From Euprymna scolopes (taxonomy: Eukaryota): a stretch of DNA of 63,204 bases. Location of the stretch: the NCBI GenBank assembly GCA_053919585.1, contig CM132827.1; one strand, written 5' to 3'. A program made the position numbers and the translations under genes. Below the pieces are notes generated by a model, which saw only the letters and a program-made list of their open reading frames with translations, was not told the origin of the DNA and searched no databases. This document shows positions 24,633 to 42,600 of this stretch, piece after piece; the first letter of the stretch is position 1; each line of letters opens with the position of its first letter.

Positions 24633-27600
24633 ATGACATTAGGTTTAATCATAACATCAGGTTAATCATAACATCAGATTAATCATAACATCAGGTTAAT
24701 CATAACATCAGGTTTAATCATAACATCAGGTTAATCATAACATCAGGTTTAATCATAACATCAGGTTAATCATAACATCAGATTAATTATAACATTAGGT
24801 TTAATCATGCCACCAGGTTAATCATAACATCAGGTTAATCATAACATTAGGTTAATCATAACATCAGGTTAATCATAACATCAGGTTAATCATAACATTA
24901 GGTTTAATCATAACATCAGGTTAATCATAACATCAGGTTAATCATAACATCAGGTTAATCATAACATCAGGTTAATCATAACATCAGGTTAATCATGACA
25001 TCAGGTTAATCATAACATCAGGTTAATCATAACATCAGGTTAATCATAACATCAGGTTAATCATAACATCAGGTTTAATCATAACATCAGGTTAATCATG
25101 ACATCAGGTTAATCATAACATAAGGTAAATCATAACATCAGGTTAATCATAACATCAGGTTTAATCATAACATCAGGTTAATCATGACATCAGGTTAATC
25201 ATAACATCAGGTTAATCATAACATCAGGTTAATCATAACATCAGGTTAATCATAACATCAGGTTAATCATAACATCAGGTTTAATCATAACATCAGGTTA
25301 ATCATGACATCAGGTTAATCATAACATAAGGTAAATCATAACATCAGGTTAATCATAACATCAGGTTTAATCATAACATCAGGTTAATCATGACATCAGG
25401 TTAATCATAACATAAGGTAAATCATGACATCAGGTTAATCATAACATCAGGTTTAATCATAACATCAGGTTAATCATGACATCAGGTTAATCATGACATC
25501 AGGTTAATCATGACATCAGGTTAATCATAACATCAGGTTTAATCATAACATCAGGTAAATCATGACATCAGGTTTAATCATGACATCAGGTTAATCATAA
25601 CATAAGGTAAATCATAACATCAGGTTAATCATAACATCAGGTTTAATCATAACATCAGGTTAATCATGACATCAGGTTAATCATAACATCAGGTTAATCA
25701 TAACATCAGGTTAATCATAACATCAGGTTAATCATAACATCAGGTTAATCATAACATCAGGTTTAATCATAACATCAGGTTAATCATGACATCAGGTTAA
25801 TCATAACATAAGGTAAATCATAACATCAGGTTAATCATAACATCAGGTTTAATCATAACATCAGGTTAATCATGACATCAGGTTAATCATGACATCAGGT
25901 TAATCATGACATCAGGTTAATCATAACATCAGGTTTAATCATAACATCAGGTTAATCATGACATCAGGTTAATCATGACATCAGGTTAATCATGACATCA
26001 GGTTAATCATGACATCAGGTTAATCATGACATCAGGTTAATCATGACATCAGGTTAATCATAACATCAGGTTTAATCATAACATCAGGTTAATCATAACA
26101 TCAGGTTTAATCATAACATCAGGTTAATCATGACATCAGGTTAATCATGACATCAGGTTAATCATGACATCAGGTTAATCATGACATCAGGTTAATCATA
26201 ACATCAGGTTAATCATAACATCAAGTTAATCATAACATCAGGTTAATCATAACATCAGGTTAATCATGACATCAGGTTAATCATAACATCAGGTTTAATC
26301 ATAACATCAGGTTAATCATGACATCAGGTTAATCATAACATCAGGTTAATCATGACATCAGGTTTAATCATGACATCAGGTTAATCATGACATCAGGTAA
26401 ATCATGACATACGGTTAATCATGACATCAGGTTAATCATGACATCAGGTTAATCATGACATCAGGTTAATCATAACATCAGGGTAACCATGACATCAGGT
26501 TTATCATGACATCAGGTTAATCATGACATCAGGTTAATCATAACATCAGGTTAATCATGACATACGGTTAATCATGACATCAGGTTAATCATGACATCAG
26601 GTTAATCATGACATCAGGTTAATCATGACATCAGGTTAATCATAACATCAGGTTAATCATGACATCAGGTTAATCATAACATCAGGTTAATCATGACATA
26701 CGGTTAATCATGACATCAGGTTAATCATGACATCAGGTTAATCATGACATCAGGTTAATCATGACATCAGGTTAATCATAACATCAGGTTAATCATAACA
26801 TCAGGTTAATCATAACATCAGGTTAATCATAACATCAGGTTTAATCATAACATCAGGTTAATCATGACATCAGGTTAATCATAACATAAGGTAAATCATA
26901 ACATCAGGTTAATCATAACATCAGGTTTAATCATAACATCAGGTTAATCATGACATCAGGTTAATCATAACATCAGGTTAATCATAACATCAGGTTAATC
27001 ATGACATCAGGTTAATCATAACATCAGGTTAATCATGACATCAGGTTAATCATAACATCAGGTTAATCATGACATACGGTTAATCATGACATCAGGTTAA
27101 TCATAACATCAGGTTAATCATAACATCAGGTTAATCATGACATCAGGTTAATCATAACATCAGGTTAATCATAACATCAGGTTAATCATGACATCAGGTT
27201 AATCATGACATCAGGTTAATCATGACATCAGGTTAATCATGACATCAGGTTAATCATGACATCAGGTTAATCATGACATCAAGTTAATCATAACATCAGG
27301 TTAATCATGACATCAGGTTAATCATGACATCAGGTTAATCATAACATCAGGTTAATCATGACATCAGGTTAATCATGACATCAGGTTAATCATGACATCA
27401 GGTTAATCATGACATACGGTTAATCATAACATCAGGTAAATCATAACATCAGGTTAATCATAACATAAGGTAAATCATAACATCAGGTTAATCATAACAT
27501 CAGGTTTAATCATAACATCAGGTTAATCATGACATCAGGTTAATCATAACATCAGGTTAATCATAACATCAGGTTAATCATAACATCAGGTTAATCATGA

Positions 27601-30600
27601 CATCAGGTTAATCATAACATCAGGTTAATCATGACATCAGGTTAATCATGACATCAGGTTAATCATAACATCAGGTTAATCATAACCTCAGGTTAATCAT
27701 GACATCAGGTTAATCATAACATCAGGTTAATCATAACATCAGGTTAATCATGACATCAGGTTAATCATAACATCAGGTTAATCATGACATCAGGTTAATC
27801 ATGACATCAGGTTAATCATGACATCAGGTTAATCATGACATCAGGTTAATCATGACATCAGGTTAATCATGACATCAGGTTAATCATGACATCAGGTTAA
27901 TCATGACATCAGGTTAATCATGACATCAGGTAAATCATGACATCAGGTTAATCATGACATCAGGTTAATCATGACATCAGGTTAATCATGACATCAGGTT
28001 AATCATGACATCAGGTAAATCATGACATCAGGTTAATCATGACATCAGGTTAATCATGACATCAGGTTAATCATGACATCAGGTTAATCATGACATCAGG
28101 TTAATCATGACATCAGGTTAATCATAACATCAGGTTAATCATGACATCAGGTTAATCATGACATCAGGTTAATCATGACATCAGGTAAATCATGACATCA
28201 GGTAAATCATGACATCAGGTAAATCATGACATCAGGTTAATCATGACATCAGGTAAATCATGACATCAGGTTAATCATGACATCAGGTTAATCATGACAT
28301 CAGGTTAATCATGACATCAGGTAAATCATGACATCAGGTTAATCATGACATCAGGTAAATCATGACATCAGGTTAATCATGACATCAGGTTAATCATGAC
28401 ATCAGGTTAATCATGACATCAGGTTAATCATGACATCAGGTTAATCATGACATCAGGTTAATCATGACATCAGGTAAATCATGACATCAGGTTAATCATG
28501 ACATCAGGTAAATCATGACATCAGGTTAATCATGACATCAGGTTAATCATGACATCAGGTTAATCATGACATCAGGTTAATCATGACATCAGGTTAATCA
28601 TGACATCAGGTAAATCATGACATCAGGTTAATCATGACATCAGGTTAATCATGACATCAGGTAAATCATGACATCAGGTTAATCATGACATCAGGTTAAT
28701 CATGACATCAGGTTAATCATGACATCAGGTTAATCATGACATCAGGTAAATCATGACATCAGGTTAATCATGACATCAGGTTAATCATGACATCAGGTTA
28801 ATCATGACATCAGGTTAATCATGACATCAGGTTAATCATAACATCAGGTTAATCATGACATCAGGTTAATCATGACATCAGGTTAATCATGACATCAGGT
28901 AAATCATGACATCAGGTTAATCATGACATCAGGTTAATCATGACATCAGGTTAATCATGACATCAGGTTAATCATGACATCAGGTTAATCATGACATCAG
29001 GTTAATCATGACATCAGGTAAATCATGACATCAGGTTAATCATGACATCAGGTTAATCATGACATCAGGTTAATCATGACATACGGTTAATCATGACATC
29101 AGGTTAATCATGACATCAGGTAAATCATGACATCAGGTTAATCATGACATCAGGTTAATCATGACATACGGTTAATCATGACATCAGGTTAATCATGACA
29201 TCAGGTAAATCATGACATCAGGTTAATCATGACATCAGGTTAATCATGACATCAGGTAAATCATGACATCAGGTTAATCATGACATCAGGTTAATCATGA
29301 CATACGGTTAATCATGACATACGGTTAATCATGACATCAGGTTAATCATGACATCAGGTAAATCATGACATCAGGTTAATCATGACATCAGGTTTATCAT
29401 GACATACGGTTAATCATGACATCAGGTTAATCATGACATCAGGTAAATCATGACATCAGGTAAATCATAACATCAGGTTAATCATTACATACGGTTAATC
29501 ATGACATCAGGTTAATCATGACATCAGGTAAATCATGACATCAGGTTAATCATGACATCAGGTTAATCATGACATCAGGTTAATCATGACATACGGTTAA
29601 TCATGACATCAGGTTAATCATGACATCAGGTTAATCATAACATCAGGTTAATCATGACATACGGTTAATCATGACATCAGGTTAATCATGACATCAGGTT
29701 AATCATGACATCAGGTAAATCATGACATCAGGTTAATCATGACATCAGGTTAATCATGACATCAGGTAAATCATGACATCAGGTTAATCATGACATCAGG
29801 TTAATCATGACATCAGGTTAATCATAACATCAGGTAAATCATGACATCAGGTTAATCATGACATCAGGTAAATCATGACATCAGGTTAATCATAACATCA
29901 GGTTAATCATGACATACGGTTAATCATGACATCAGGTTAATCATGACATCAGGTTAATCATAACATCAGGTTAATCATGACATACGGTTAATCATGACAT
30001 CAGGTTAATCATGACATCAGGTTAATCATGACATCAGGTAAATCATGACATCAGGTAAATCATGACATCAGGTTAATCATGACATCAGGTTAATCATGAC
30101 ATCAGGTTAATCATAACATCAGGTTAATCATGACATACGGTTAATCATGACATCAGGTTAATCATGACATCAGGTAAATCATGACATCAGGTAAATCATG
30201 ACATCAGGTTAATCATGACATCAGGTTAATCATGACATCAGGTTAATCATAACATCAGGTTAATCATGACATCAGGTTAATCATAACATCAGGTTAATCA
30301 TGACATCAGGTTAATCATGACATCAGGTTAATCATGACATCAGGTAAATCATTACATCAGGTTAATCATGACATCAGGTAAATCATGACATCAGGTTAAT
30401 CATGACATCAGGTTAATCATGACATCAGGTTAATCATGACATACGGTTAATCATGACATCAGGTTAATCATGACATCAGGTAAATCATGACATCAGGTTA
30501 ATCATGACATACGGTTAATCATGACATCAGGTTAATCATGACATACGGTTAATCATGACATCAGGTTAATCATGACATCAGGTTAATCATGACATCAGGT

Positions 30601-33600
30601 TAATCATGACATACGGTTAATCATGACATACGGTTAATCATGACATCAGGTTAATCATGACATCAGGTTAATCATGACATCAGGTTAATCATGACATCAG
30701 GTTAATCATGACATCAGGTTAATCATGACATACGGTTAATCATGACATCAGGTTAATCATGACATCAGGTAAATCATGACATCAGGTTAATCATGACATC
30801 AGGTTAATCATGACATACGGTTAATCATGACATCAGGTTAATCATGACATCAGGTAAATCATGACATCAGGTTAATCATGACATCAGGTTAATCATGACA
30901 TCAGGTAAATCATGACATCAGGTTAATCATGACATCAGGTTAATCATGACATACGGTTAATCATGACATCAGGTTAATCATGACATCAGGTTAATCATGA
31001 CATCAGGTAAATCATGACATCAGGTTAATCATGACATCAGGTAAATCATGACATCAGGTTAATCATGACATCAGGTTTATCATGACATACGGTTAATCAT
31101 GACATACGGTTAATCATGACATCAGGTTAATCATGACATCAGGTTAATCATGACATCAGGTAAATCATGACATCAGGTAAATCATAACATCAGGTTAATC
31201 ATGACATACGGTTAATCATGACATCAGGTTAATCATGACATCAGGTAAATCATGACATCAGGTTAATCATGACATCAGGTAAATCATGACATCAGGTAAA
31301 TCATAACATCAGGTTAATCATGACATCAGGTTAATCATGACATACGGTTAATCATGACATCAGGTTAATCATGACATCAGGTAAATCATGACATCAGGTT
31401 AATCATGACATCAGGTTAATCATGACATACGGTTAATCATGACATCAGGTTAATCATGACATACGGTTAATCATGACATCAGGTTAATCATGACATCAGG
31501 TTAATCATGACATCAGGTAAATCATGACATCAGGTAAATCATAACATCAGGTTAATCATGACATACGGTTAATCATGACATCAGGTTAATCATGACATCA
31601 GGTAAATCATGACATCAGGTTAATCATGACATCAGGTTAATCATGACATCAGGTTAATCATGACATCAGGTAAATCATGACATCAGGTAAATCATAACAT
31701 CAGGTTAATCATGACATCAGGTTAATCATGACATACGGTTAATCATGACATCAGGTTAATCATGACATCAGGTAAATCATGACATCAGGTTAATCATGAC
31801 ATCAGGTTAATCATGACATACGGTTAATCATGACATCAGGTTAATCATGACATACGGTTAATCATGACATCAGGTTAATCATGACATCAGGTTAATCATG
31901 ACATCAGGTAAATCATGACATCAGGTAAATCATAACATCAGGTTAATCATGACATACGGTTAATCATGACATACGGTTAATCATGACATACGGTTAATCA
32001 TGACATCAGGTTAATCATGACATCAGGTTAATCATGACATCAGGTAAATCATGACATCAGGTAAATCATAACATCAGGTTAATCATGACATACGGTTAAT
32101 CATGACATACGGTTAATCATGACATACGGTTAATCATGACATACGGTTAATCATGACATCAGGTTAATCATGACATCAGGTTAATCATGACATCAGGTAA
32201 ATCATGACATCAGGTAAATCATAACATCAGGTTAATCATGACATACGGTTAATCATGACATCAGGTTAATCATGACATCAGGTTAATCATGACATCAGGT
32301 AAATCATGACATCAGGTTAATCATGACATCAGGTTAATCATGACATACGGTTAATCATGACATCAGGTTAATCATGACATACGGTTAATCATGACATCAG
32401 GTTAATCATGACATACGGTTAATCATGACATCAGGTTAATCATGACATCAGGTTAATCATGACATCAGGTAAATCATGACATCAGGTTAATCATGACATA
32501 CGGTTAATCATGACATACGGTTAATCATGACATACGGTTAATCATGACATCAGGTTAATCATGACATACGGTTAATCATGACATCAGGTAAATCATGACA
32601 TCAGGTTAATCATGACATCAGGTAAATCATGACATCAGGTTAATCATGACATACGGTTAATCATGACATCAGGTTAATCATGACATACGGTTAATCATGA
32701 CATCAGGTTAATCATGACATCAGGTTAATCATGACATCAGGTAAATCATGACATCAGGTTAATCATGACATACGGTTAATCATGACATCAGGTTAATCAT
32801 GACATACGGTTAATCATGACATACGGTTAATCATGACATCAGGTTAATCATGACATACGGTTAATCATGACATCAGGTTAATCATGACATACGGTTAATC
32901 ATGACATACGGTTAATCATGACATCAGGTTAATCATGACATACGGTTAATCATGACATCAGGTTAATCATGACATACGGTTAATCATGACATACGGTTAA
33001 TCATGACATCAGGTTAATCATGACATACGGTTAATCATGACATCAGGTTAATCATGACATACGGTTAATCATGACATCAGGTTAATCATGACATCAGGTT
33101 AATCATGACATCAGGTAAATCATGACATACGGTTAATCATGACATCAGGTTAATCATGACATACGGTTAATCATGACATCAGGTTAATCATGACATACGG
33201 TTAATCATGACATCAGGTTAATCATGACATCAGGTTAATCATGACATCAGGTTAATCATGACATACGGTTAATCATGACATACGGTTAATCATGACATCA
33301 GGTTAATCATGACATACGGTTAATCATGACATCAGGTTAATCATGACATACGGTTAATCATGACATCACGTTAATCATGACATCAGGTTAATCATGACAT
33401 ACGGTTAATCATGACATCAGGTTAATCATGACATACGGTTAATCATGACATCAGGTTAATCATGACATACGGTTAATCATGACATCAGGTTAATCATGAC
33501 ATACGGTTAATCATGACATCAGGTTAATCATGACATCAGGTTAATCATGACATCAGGTTAATCATGACATCAGGTTAATCATGACATCAGGTTAATCATG

Positions 33601-36600
33601 ACATACGGTTAATCATGACATACGGTTAATCATGACATCAGGTTAATCATGACATACGGTTAATCATGACATCAGGTTAATCATGACATACGGTTAATCA
33701 TGATATCAGGTTAATCATGACATCAGGTTAATCATGACATCAGGTTAATCATGACATCAGGTTAATCATGACATACGGTTAATCATGACATCAGGTTAAT
33801 CATGACATACGGTTAATCATGACATACGGTTAATCATGACATCAGGTTAATCATGACATACGGTTAATCATGACATCAGGTTAATCATGACATACGGTTA
33901 ATCATGACATCAGGTTAATCATGACATCAGGTTAATCATGACATCAGGTTAATCATGACATCAGGTTAATCATGACATCAGGTTAATCATGACATACGGT
34001 TAATCATGACATCAGGTTAATCATGACATACGGTTAATCATGACATACGGTTAATCATGACATCAGGTTAATCATGACATACGGTTAATCATGACATCAG
34101 GTTAATCATGACATACGGTTAATCATGACATCAGGTTAATCATGACATCAGGTTAATCATGACATACGGTTAATCATGACATCAGGTTAATCATGACATA
34201 CGGTTAATCATGACATCAGGTTAATCATGACATACGGTTAATCATGACATCAGGTTAATCATGACATCAGGTTAATCATGACATCAGGTAAATCATGACA
34301 TACGGTTAATCATGACATCAGGTTAATCATGACATACGGTTAATCATTACATACGGTTAATCATGACATCAGGTTAATCATGACATACGGTTAATCATGA
34401 CATCAGGTTAATCATGACATACGGTTAATCATGACATCAGGTTAATCATGACATCAGGTTAATCATGACATCAGGTTAATCATGACATCAGGTTAATCAT
34501 GACATCAGGTTAATCATGACATACGGTTAATCATGACATCAGGTTAATCATGACATACGGTTAATCATGACATCAGGTTAATCATGACATCAGGTTAATC
34601 ATGACATACGGTTAATCATGACATCAGGTTAATCATGACATACGGTTAATCATGACATCAGGTTAATCATGACATCAGGTATATCATGACATACGGTTAA
34701 TCATGACATCAGGTTAATCATGACATACGGTTAATCATGACATCAGGTTAATCATGACATACGGTTAATCATGACATACGGTTAATCATGACATCAGGTT
34801 AATCATGACATACGGTTAATCATGACATCAGGTTAATCATGACATACGGTTAATCATGACATACGGTTAATCATGACATCAGGTTAATCATGACATACGG
34901 TTAATCATGACATCAGGTTAATCATGACATACGGTTAATCATGACATCAGGTTAATCATGACATCAGGTTAATCATGACATCAGGTTAATCATGACATCA
35001 GGTAAATCATGACATCAGGTTAATCATGACATACGGTTAATCATGACATACGGTTAATCATGACATACGGTTAATCATGACATCAGGTTAATCATTTCAT
35101 CAGGTTAATCATGACATCAGGTTAATCATGACATACGGTTAATCATGACATACGGTTAATCATGACATACGGTTAATCATGACATCAGGTTAATCATGAC
35201 ATCAGGTAAATCATGACATCAGGTTAATCATGACATCAGGTAAATCATGACATCAGGTTAATCATGACATCAGGTTAATCATGACATACGGTTAATCATG
35301 ACATCAGGTAAATCATGACATCAGGTTAATCATGACATCAGGTAAATCATGACATCAGGTTAATCATGACATACGGTTAATCATGACATCAGGTAAATCA
35401 TGACATACGGTTAATCATGACATCAGGTTAATCATGACATCAGGTTAATCATGACATCAGGTTAATCATGACATCAGGTAAATCATTACATCAGGTTAAT
35501 CATGACATCAGGTAAATAATGACATCAGGTTAATCATGACATACGGTTAATCATGACATCAGGTAAATCATGACATCAGGTTAATCATGACATCAGGTTA
35601 ATCATGACATCAGGTTAATCATGACATCAGGTTAATCATGACATACGGTTAATCATGACATCAGGTTAATCATGACATCAGGTAAATCATGACATCAGGT
35701 TAATCATGACATCAGGTTAATCATGACATCAGGTAAATCATGACATCAGGTTAATCATGACATCAGGTAAATCATGACATCAGGTTAATCATGACATCAG
35801 GTTAATCATGACATCAGGTAAATCATGACATCAGGTTAATCATGACATCAGGTTAATCATGACATCAGGTAAATCATGACATCAGGTTAATCATGACATC
35901 AGGTAAATCATGACATCAGGTAAATCATGACATCAGGTTAATCATGACATCAGGTAAATCATGACATCAGGTTAATCATGACATCAGGTTAATCATGACA
36001 TCAGGTAAATCATGACATCAGGTTAATCATTACATCAGGTAAATCATGACATCAGGTAAATCATGACATCAGGTTAATCATGACATCAGGTAAATCATGA
36101 CATCAGGTTAATCATGACATCAGGTTAATCATGACATCAGGTAAATCATGACATCAGGTTAATCATTACATCAGGTAAATCATGACATCAGGTAAATCAT
36201 GACATCAGGTTAATCATGACATCAGGTAAATCATGACATCAGGTTAATCATGACATCAGGTTAATCATGACATCAGGTTAATCATGACATACGGTTAATC
36301 ATGACATCAGGTAAATCATGACATCAGGTTAATCATGACATCAGGTAAATCATGACATCAGGTTAATCATGACATACGGTTAATCATGACATACGGTTAA
36401 TCATGACATCAGGTTAATCATGACATACGGTTAATCATGACATCAGGTTAATCATGACATCAGGTAAATCATGACATCAGGTAAATCATGACATCAGGTT
36501 AATCATGACATCAGGTAAATCATGACATAAGGTTAATCATGACATCAGGTTAATCATGACATCAGGTAAATCATGACATCAGGTTAATCATGACATCAGG

Positions 36601-39600
36601 TTAATCATGACATCAGGTAAATCATGACATCAGGTTAATCATGACATCAGGTAAATCATGACATCAGGTAAATCATGACATCAGGTTAATCATGACATCA
36701 GGTAAATCATGACATCAGGTAAATCATGACATCAGGTTAATCATGACATCAGGTAAATCATGACATCAGGTTAATCATGACATAAGGTTAATCATGACAT
36801 CAGGTTAATCATGACATACGGTTAATCATGACATACGGTTAATCATGACATCAGGTTAATCATGACATACGGTTAATCATGACATCAGGTTAATCATGAC
36901 ATCAGGTAAATCATGACATCAGGTAAATCATGACATCAGGTTAATCATGACATCAGGTAAATCATGACATCAGGTAAATCATGACATCAGGTAAATCATG
37001 ACATCAGGTTAATCATGACATCAGGTAAATCATGACATCAGGTAAATCATGACATCAGGTTAATCATGACATCAGGTAAATCATGACATCAGGTAAATCA
37101 TGACATCAGGTAAATCATGACATCAGGTTAATCATGACATCAGGTAAATCATGACATCAGGTAAATCATGACATCAGGTTAATCATGACATCAGGTAAAT
37201 CATGACATCAGGTTAATCATGACATACGGTTAATCATGACATCAGGTTAATCATGACATCAGGTAAATCATGACATCAGGTAAATCATGACATCAGGTTA
37301 ATCATGACATCAGGTAAATCATGACATCAGGTTAATCATGACATCAGGTTAATCATGACATCAGGTAAATCATGACATACGGTTAATCATGACATCAGGT
37401 TAATCATGACATACGGTTAATCATGACATCAGGTTAATGATGACATCAGGTAAATCATGACATCAGGTTAATCATGACATCAGGTTAATCATGACATCAG
37501 GTAAATCATGACATCAGGTTAATCATGACATCAGGTAAATCATGACATCAGGTTAATCATGACATCAGGTTAATCATGACATCAGGTAAATCATGACATC
37601 AGGTAAATCATGACATCAGGTTAATCATGACATCAGGTAAATCATGAAATCAGGTTAATCATGACATCAGGTTAATCATGACATCAGGTTAATCATGACA
37701 TACGGTTAATCATGACATCAGGTAAATCATGACATCAGGTTAATCATGACATCAGGTAAATCATGACATCAGGTTAATCATGACATACGGTTAATCATGT
37801 CATACGGTTAATCATGACATCAGGTTAATCATGACATACGGTTAATCATGACATCAGGTTAATCATGACATCAGGTAAATCATGACATCAGGTAAATCAT
37901 GACATCAGGTTAATCATGACATACGGTTAATCATGACATACGGTTAATCATGACATCAGGTTAATCATGACATACGGTTAATCATGACATCAGGTTAATC
38001 ATGACATCAGGTAAATCATGACATCAGGTTAATCATAACATCAGGTTAATCATGACATCAGGTAAATCATGACATCAGGTAAATCATGACATCAGGTAAA
38101 TCATGACATCAGGTTAATCATGACATCAGGTTAATCATGACATCAGGTTAATCATGACATCAGGTTAATCATGACATCAGGTTAATCATGACATCAGGTT
38201 AATCATGACATCAGGTTAATCATGACATCAGGTAAATCATGACATCAGGTTAATCATGACATCAGGTTAATCATGACATCAGGTTAATCATGACATCAGG
38301 TAAATCATGACATCAGGTAAATCATGACATCAGGTTAATCATGACATCAGGTAAATCATGACATCAGGTTAATCATGACATCAGGTTAATCATGACATAC
38401 GGTTAATCATGACATCAGGTAAATCATGACATCAGGTTAATCATGACATCAGGTTAATCATGACATCAGGTTAATCATGACATACGGTTAATCATGACAT
38501 ACGGTTAATCATGACATCAGGTTAATCATGACATACGGTTAATCATGACATCAGGTTAATCATGACATCAGGTAAATCATGACATCAGGTAAATCATGAC
38601 ATCAGGTTAATCATGACATCAGGTAAATCATGACATCAGGTTAATCATGACATACGGTTAATCATGACATACGGTTAATAATGACATCAGGTTAATCATG
38701 ACATACGGTTAATCATGACATCAGGTTACTCATGACATACGGTTAATCATGACATCAGGTTAATCATGACATACGGTTAATCATGACATCAGGTTAATCA
38801 TGACATCAGGTAAATCATGACATCAGGTTAATCATAACATCAGGTTAATCATGACATCAGGTAAATCATGACATCAGGTTAATCATGACATCAGGTTTAT
38901 CATGACATCAGGTAAATCATGACATCAGGTTAATCATGACATCAGGTTAATCATGACATCAGGTAAATCATGACATCAGGTAAATCATGACATCAGGTTA
39001 ATCATGACATCAGGTAAATCATGACATCAGGTTAATCATGACATCAGGTTAATCATGACATACGGTTAATCATGACATCAGGTAAATCATGACATCAGGT
39101 TAATCATGACATCAGGTAAATCATGACATCAGGTTAATCATGACATACGGTTAATCATGACATACGGTTAATCATGACATCAGGTTAATCATGACATACG
39201 GTTAATCATGACATCAGGTTAATCATGACATCAGGTAAATCATGACATCAGGTAAATCATGACATCAGGTTAATCATGACATCAGGTAAATCATGACATC
39301 AGGTTAATCATGACATACGGTTAATCATGACATCAGGTTAATCATGACATACGGTTAATCATGACATCAGGTTAATCATGACATCAGGTAAATCATGACA
39401 TCAGGTTAATCATGACATCAGGTAAATCATGACATCAGGTTAATCATGACATACGGTTAATCATGACATCAGGTTAATCATGACATACGGTTAATCATGA
39501 CATCAGGTTAATCATGACATCAGGTAAATCATGACATCAGGTTAATCATGACATCAGGTAAATCATGACATCAGGTTAATCATGACATACGGTTAATCAT

Positions 39601-42600
39601 GACATCAGGTTAATCATGACATACGGTTAATCATGACATCAGGTTAATCATGACATCAGGTTAATCATGACATCAGGTTTATCATGACATACGGTTAATC
39701 ATGACATACGGTTAATCATGACATCAGGTTAATCATGACATACGGTTAATCATGACATCAGGTTAATCATGACATACGGTTAATCATGACATACGGTTAA
39801 TCATGACATCAGGTTAATCATGACATACGGTTAATCATGACATCAGGTTAATCATGACATACGGTTAATCATGACATACGGTTAATCATGACATCAGGTT
39901 AATCATGACATCAGGTTAATCATGACATCAGGTTAATCATGACATCAGGTAAATCATGACATCAGGTAAATCATGACATCAGGTAAATCATGACATCAGG
40001 TTAATCATGACATCAGGTTAATCATGACATCAGGTAAATCATGACATCAGGTAAATCATGACATCAGGTAAATCATGACATCAGGTAAATCATTACATCA
40101 GGTTAATCATGACATCAGGTTAATCATGACATACGGTTAATCATGACATACGGTTAATCATGACATCAGGTTAATCATGACATCAGGTTAATCATGACAT
40201 CAGGTAAATCATGACATCAGGTAAATCATGACATCAGGTAAATCATGACATCAGGTTAATCATGACATCAGGTAAATCATGACATCAGGTAAATCATGAC
40301 ATCAGGTAAATCATGACATCAGGTAAATCATGACATACGGTTAATCATGACATCAGGTTAATCATGACATCAGGTTAATCATGACATACGGTTAATCATG
40401 ACATCAGGTTAATCATGACATCAGGTAAATCATGACATCAGGTAAATCATGACATCAGGTAAATCATGACATCAGGTAAATCATGACATCAGGTAAATCA
40501 TGACATACGGTTAATCATGACATCAGGTTAATCATGACATCAGGTTAATCATGACATACGGTTAATCATGACATCAGGTAAATCATGACATCAGGTAAAT
40601 CATGACATCAGGTAAATCATGACATCAGGTAAATCATGACATCAGGTAAATCATGACATACGGTTAATCATGACATCAGGTAAATCATGACATCAGGTTA
40701 ATCATGACATCAGGTTAATCATGACATACGGTTAATCATGACATACGGTTAATCATGACATCAGGTTAATCATGACATACGGTTAATCATGACATCAGGT
40801 TAATCATGACATACGGTTAATCATGACATACGGTTAATCATGACATCAGGTTAATCATGACATACGGTTAATCATGACATCAGGTTAATCATGACATACG
40901 GTTAATCATGACATACGGTTAATCATGACATCAGGTTAATCATGACATCAGGTTAATCATGACATCAGGTTAATCATGACATCAGGTAAATCATGACATC
41001 AGGTAAATCATGACATCAGGTAAATCATGACATCAGGTTAATCATGACATCAGGTTAATCATGACATCAGGTTAATCATGACATCAGGTTAATCATGACA
41101 TCAGGTAAATCATGACATCAGGTAAATCATGACATCAGGTAAATCATGACATACGGTTAATCATGACATCAGGTTAATCATGACATCAGGTTAATCATGA
41201 CATCAGGTTAATCATGACATCAGGTTAATCATGACATCAGGTAAATCATGACATCAGGTAAATCATGACATCAGGTTAATCATGACATCAGGTTAATCAT
41301 GACATCAGGTAAATCATGACATCAGGTTAATCATGACATACGGTTAATCATGACATACGGTTAATCATGACATCAGGTTAATCATGACATACGGTTAATC
41401 ATGACATCAGGTTAATCATGACATACGGTTAATCATGACATCAGGTTAATCATGACATCAGGTAAATCATGACATCAGGTTAATCATGACATCAGGTAAA
41501 TCATGACATCAGGTTAATCATGACATACGGTTAATCATGACATCAGGTTAATCATGACATCAGGTAAATCATGACATCAGGTTAATCATGACATCAGGTT
41601 AATCATGACATCAGGTTAATCATGACATACGGTTAATCATGACATACGGTTAATCATGACATCAGGTTAATCATGACATACGGTTAATCATGACATAAGG
41701 TTAATCATGACATACGGTTAATCATGACATCAGGTTAATCATGACATACGGTTAATCATGACATCAGGTTAATCATGACATCAGGTTAATCATGACATAC
41801 GGTTAATCATGACATCAGGTTAATCATGACATCAGGTTAATCATGACATCAGGTAAATCATGACATCAGGTTAATCATGACATACGGTTAATCATGACAT
41901 CAGGTTAATCATGACATACGGTTAATCATGACATCAGGTTAATCATGACATCAGGTTAATCATGACATACGGTTAATCATGACATCAGGTTAATCATGAC
42001 ATACGGTTAATCATGACATCAGGTTAATCATGACATACGGTTAATCATGACATCAGGTTAATCATGACATCAGGTTAATCATGACATACGGTTAATCATG
42101 ACATCAGGTTAATCATGACATCAGGTTAATCATGACATCAGGTTAATCATGACCTACGGTTAATCATGACATCAGGTTAATCATGACATCAGGTTAATCA
42201 TGACATCAGGTTAATCATGACATCAGGTTAATCATGACATCAGGTTAATCATGACATACGGTTAATCATGACATCAGGTTAATCATGACATCAGGTTAAT
42301 CATGACATCAGGTTAATCATGACATCAGGTTAATCATGACATCAGGTAAATCATGACATCAGGTAAATCATGACATCAGGTAAATCATGACATCAGGTAA
42401 ATCATGACATCAGGTTAATCATGACATCAGGTAAATCATGACATCAGGTTAATCATGACATACGGTTAATCATGACATACGGTTAATCATGACATCAGGT
42501 TAATCATGACATCAGGTTAATCATGACATCAGGTAAATCATGACATCAGGTAAATCATGACATACGGTTAATCATGACATCAGGTTAATCATGACATCAG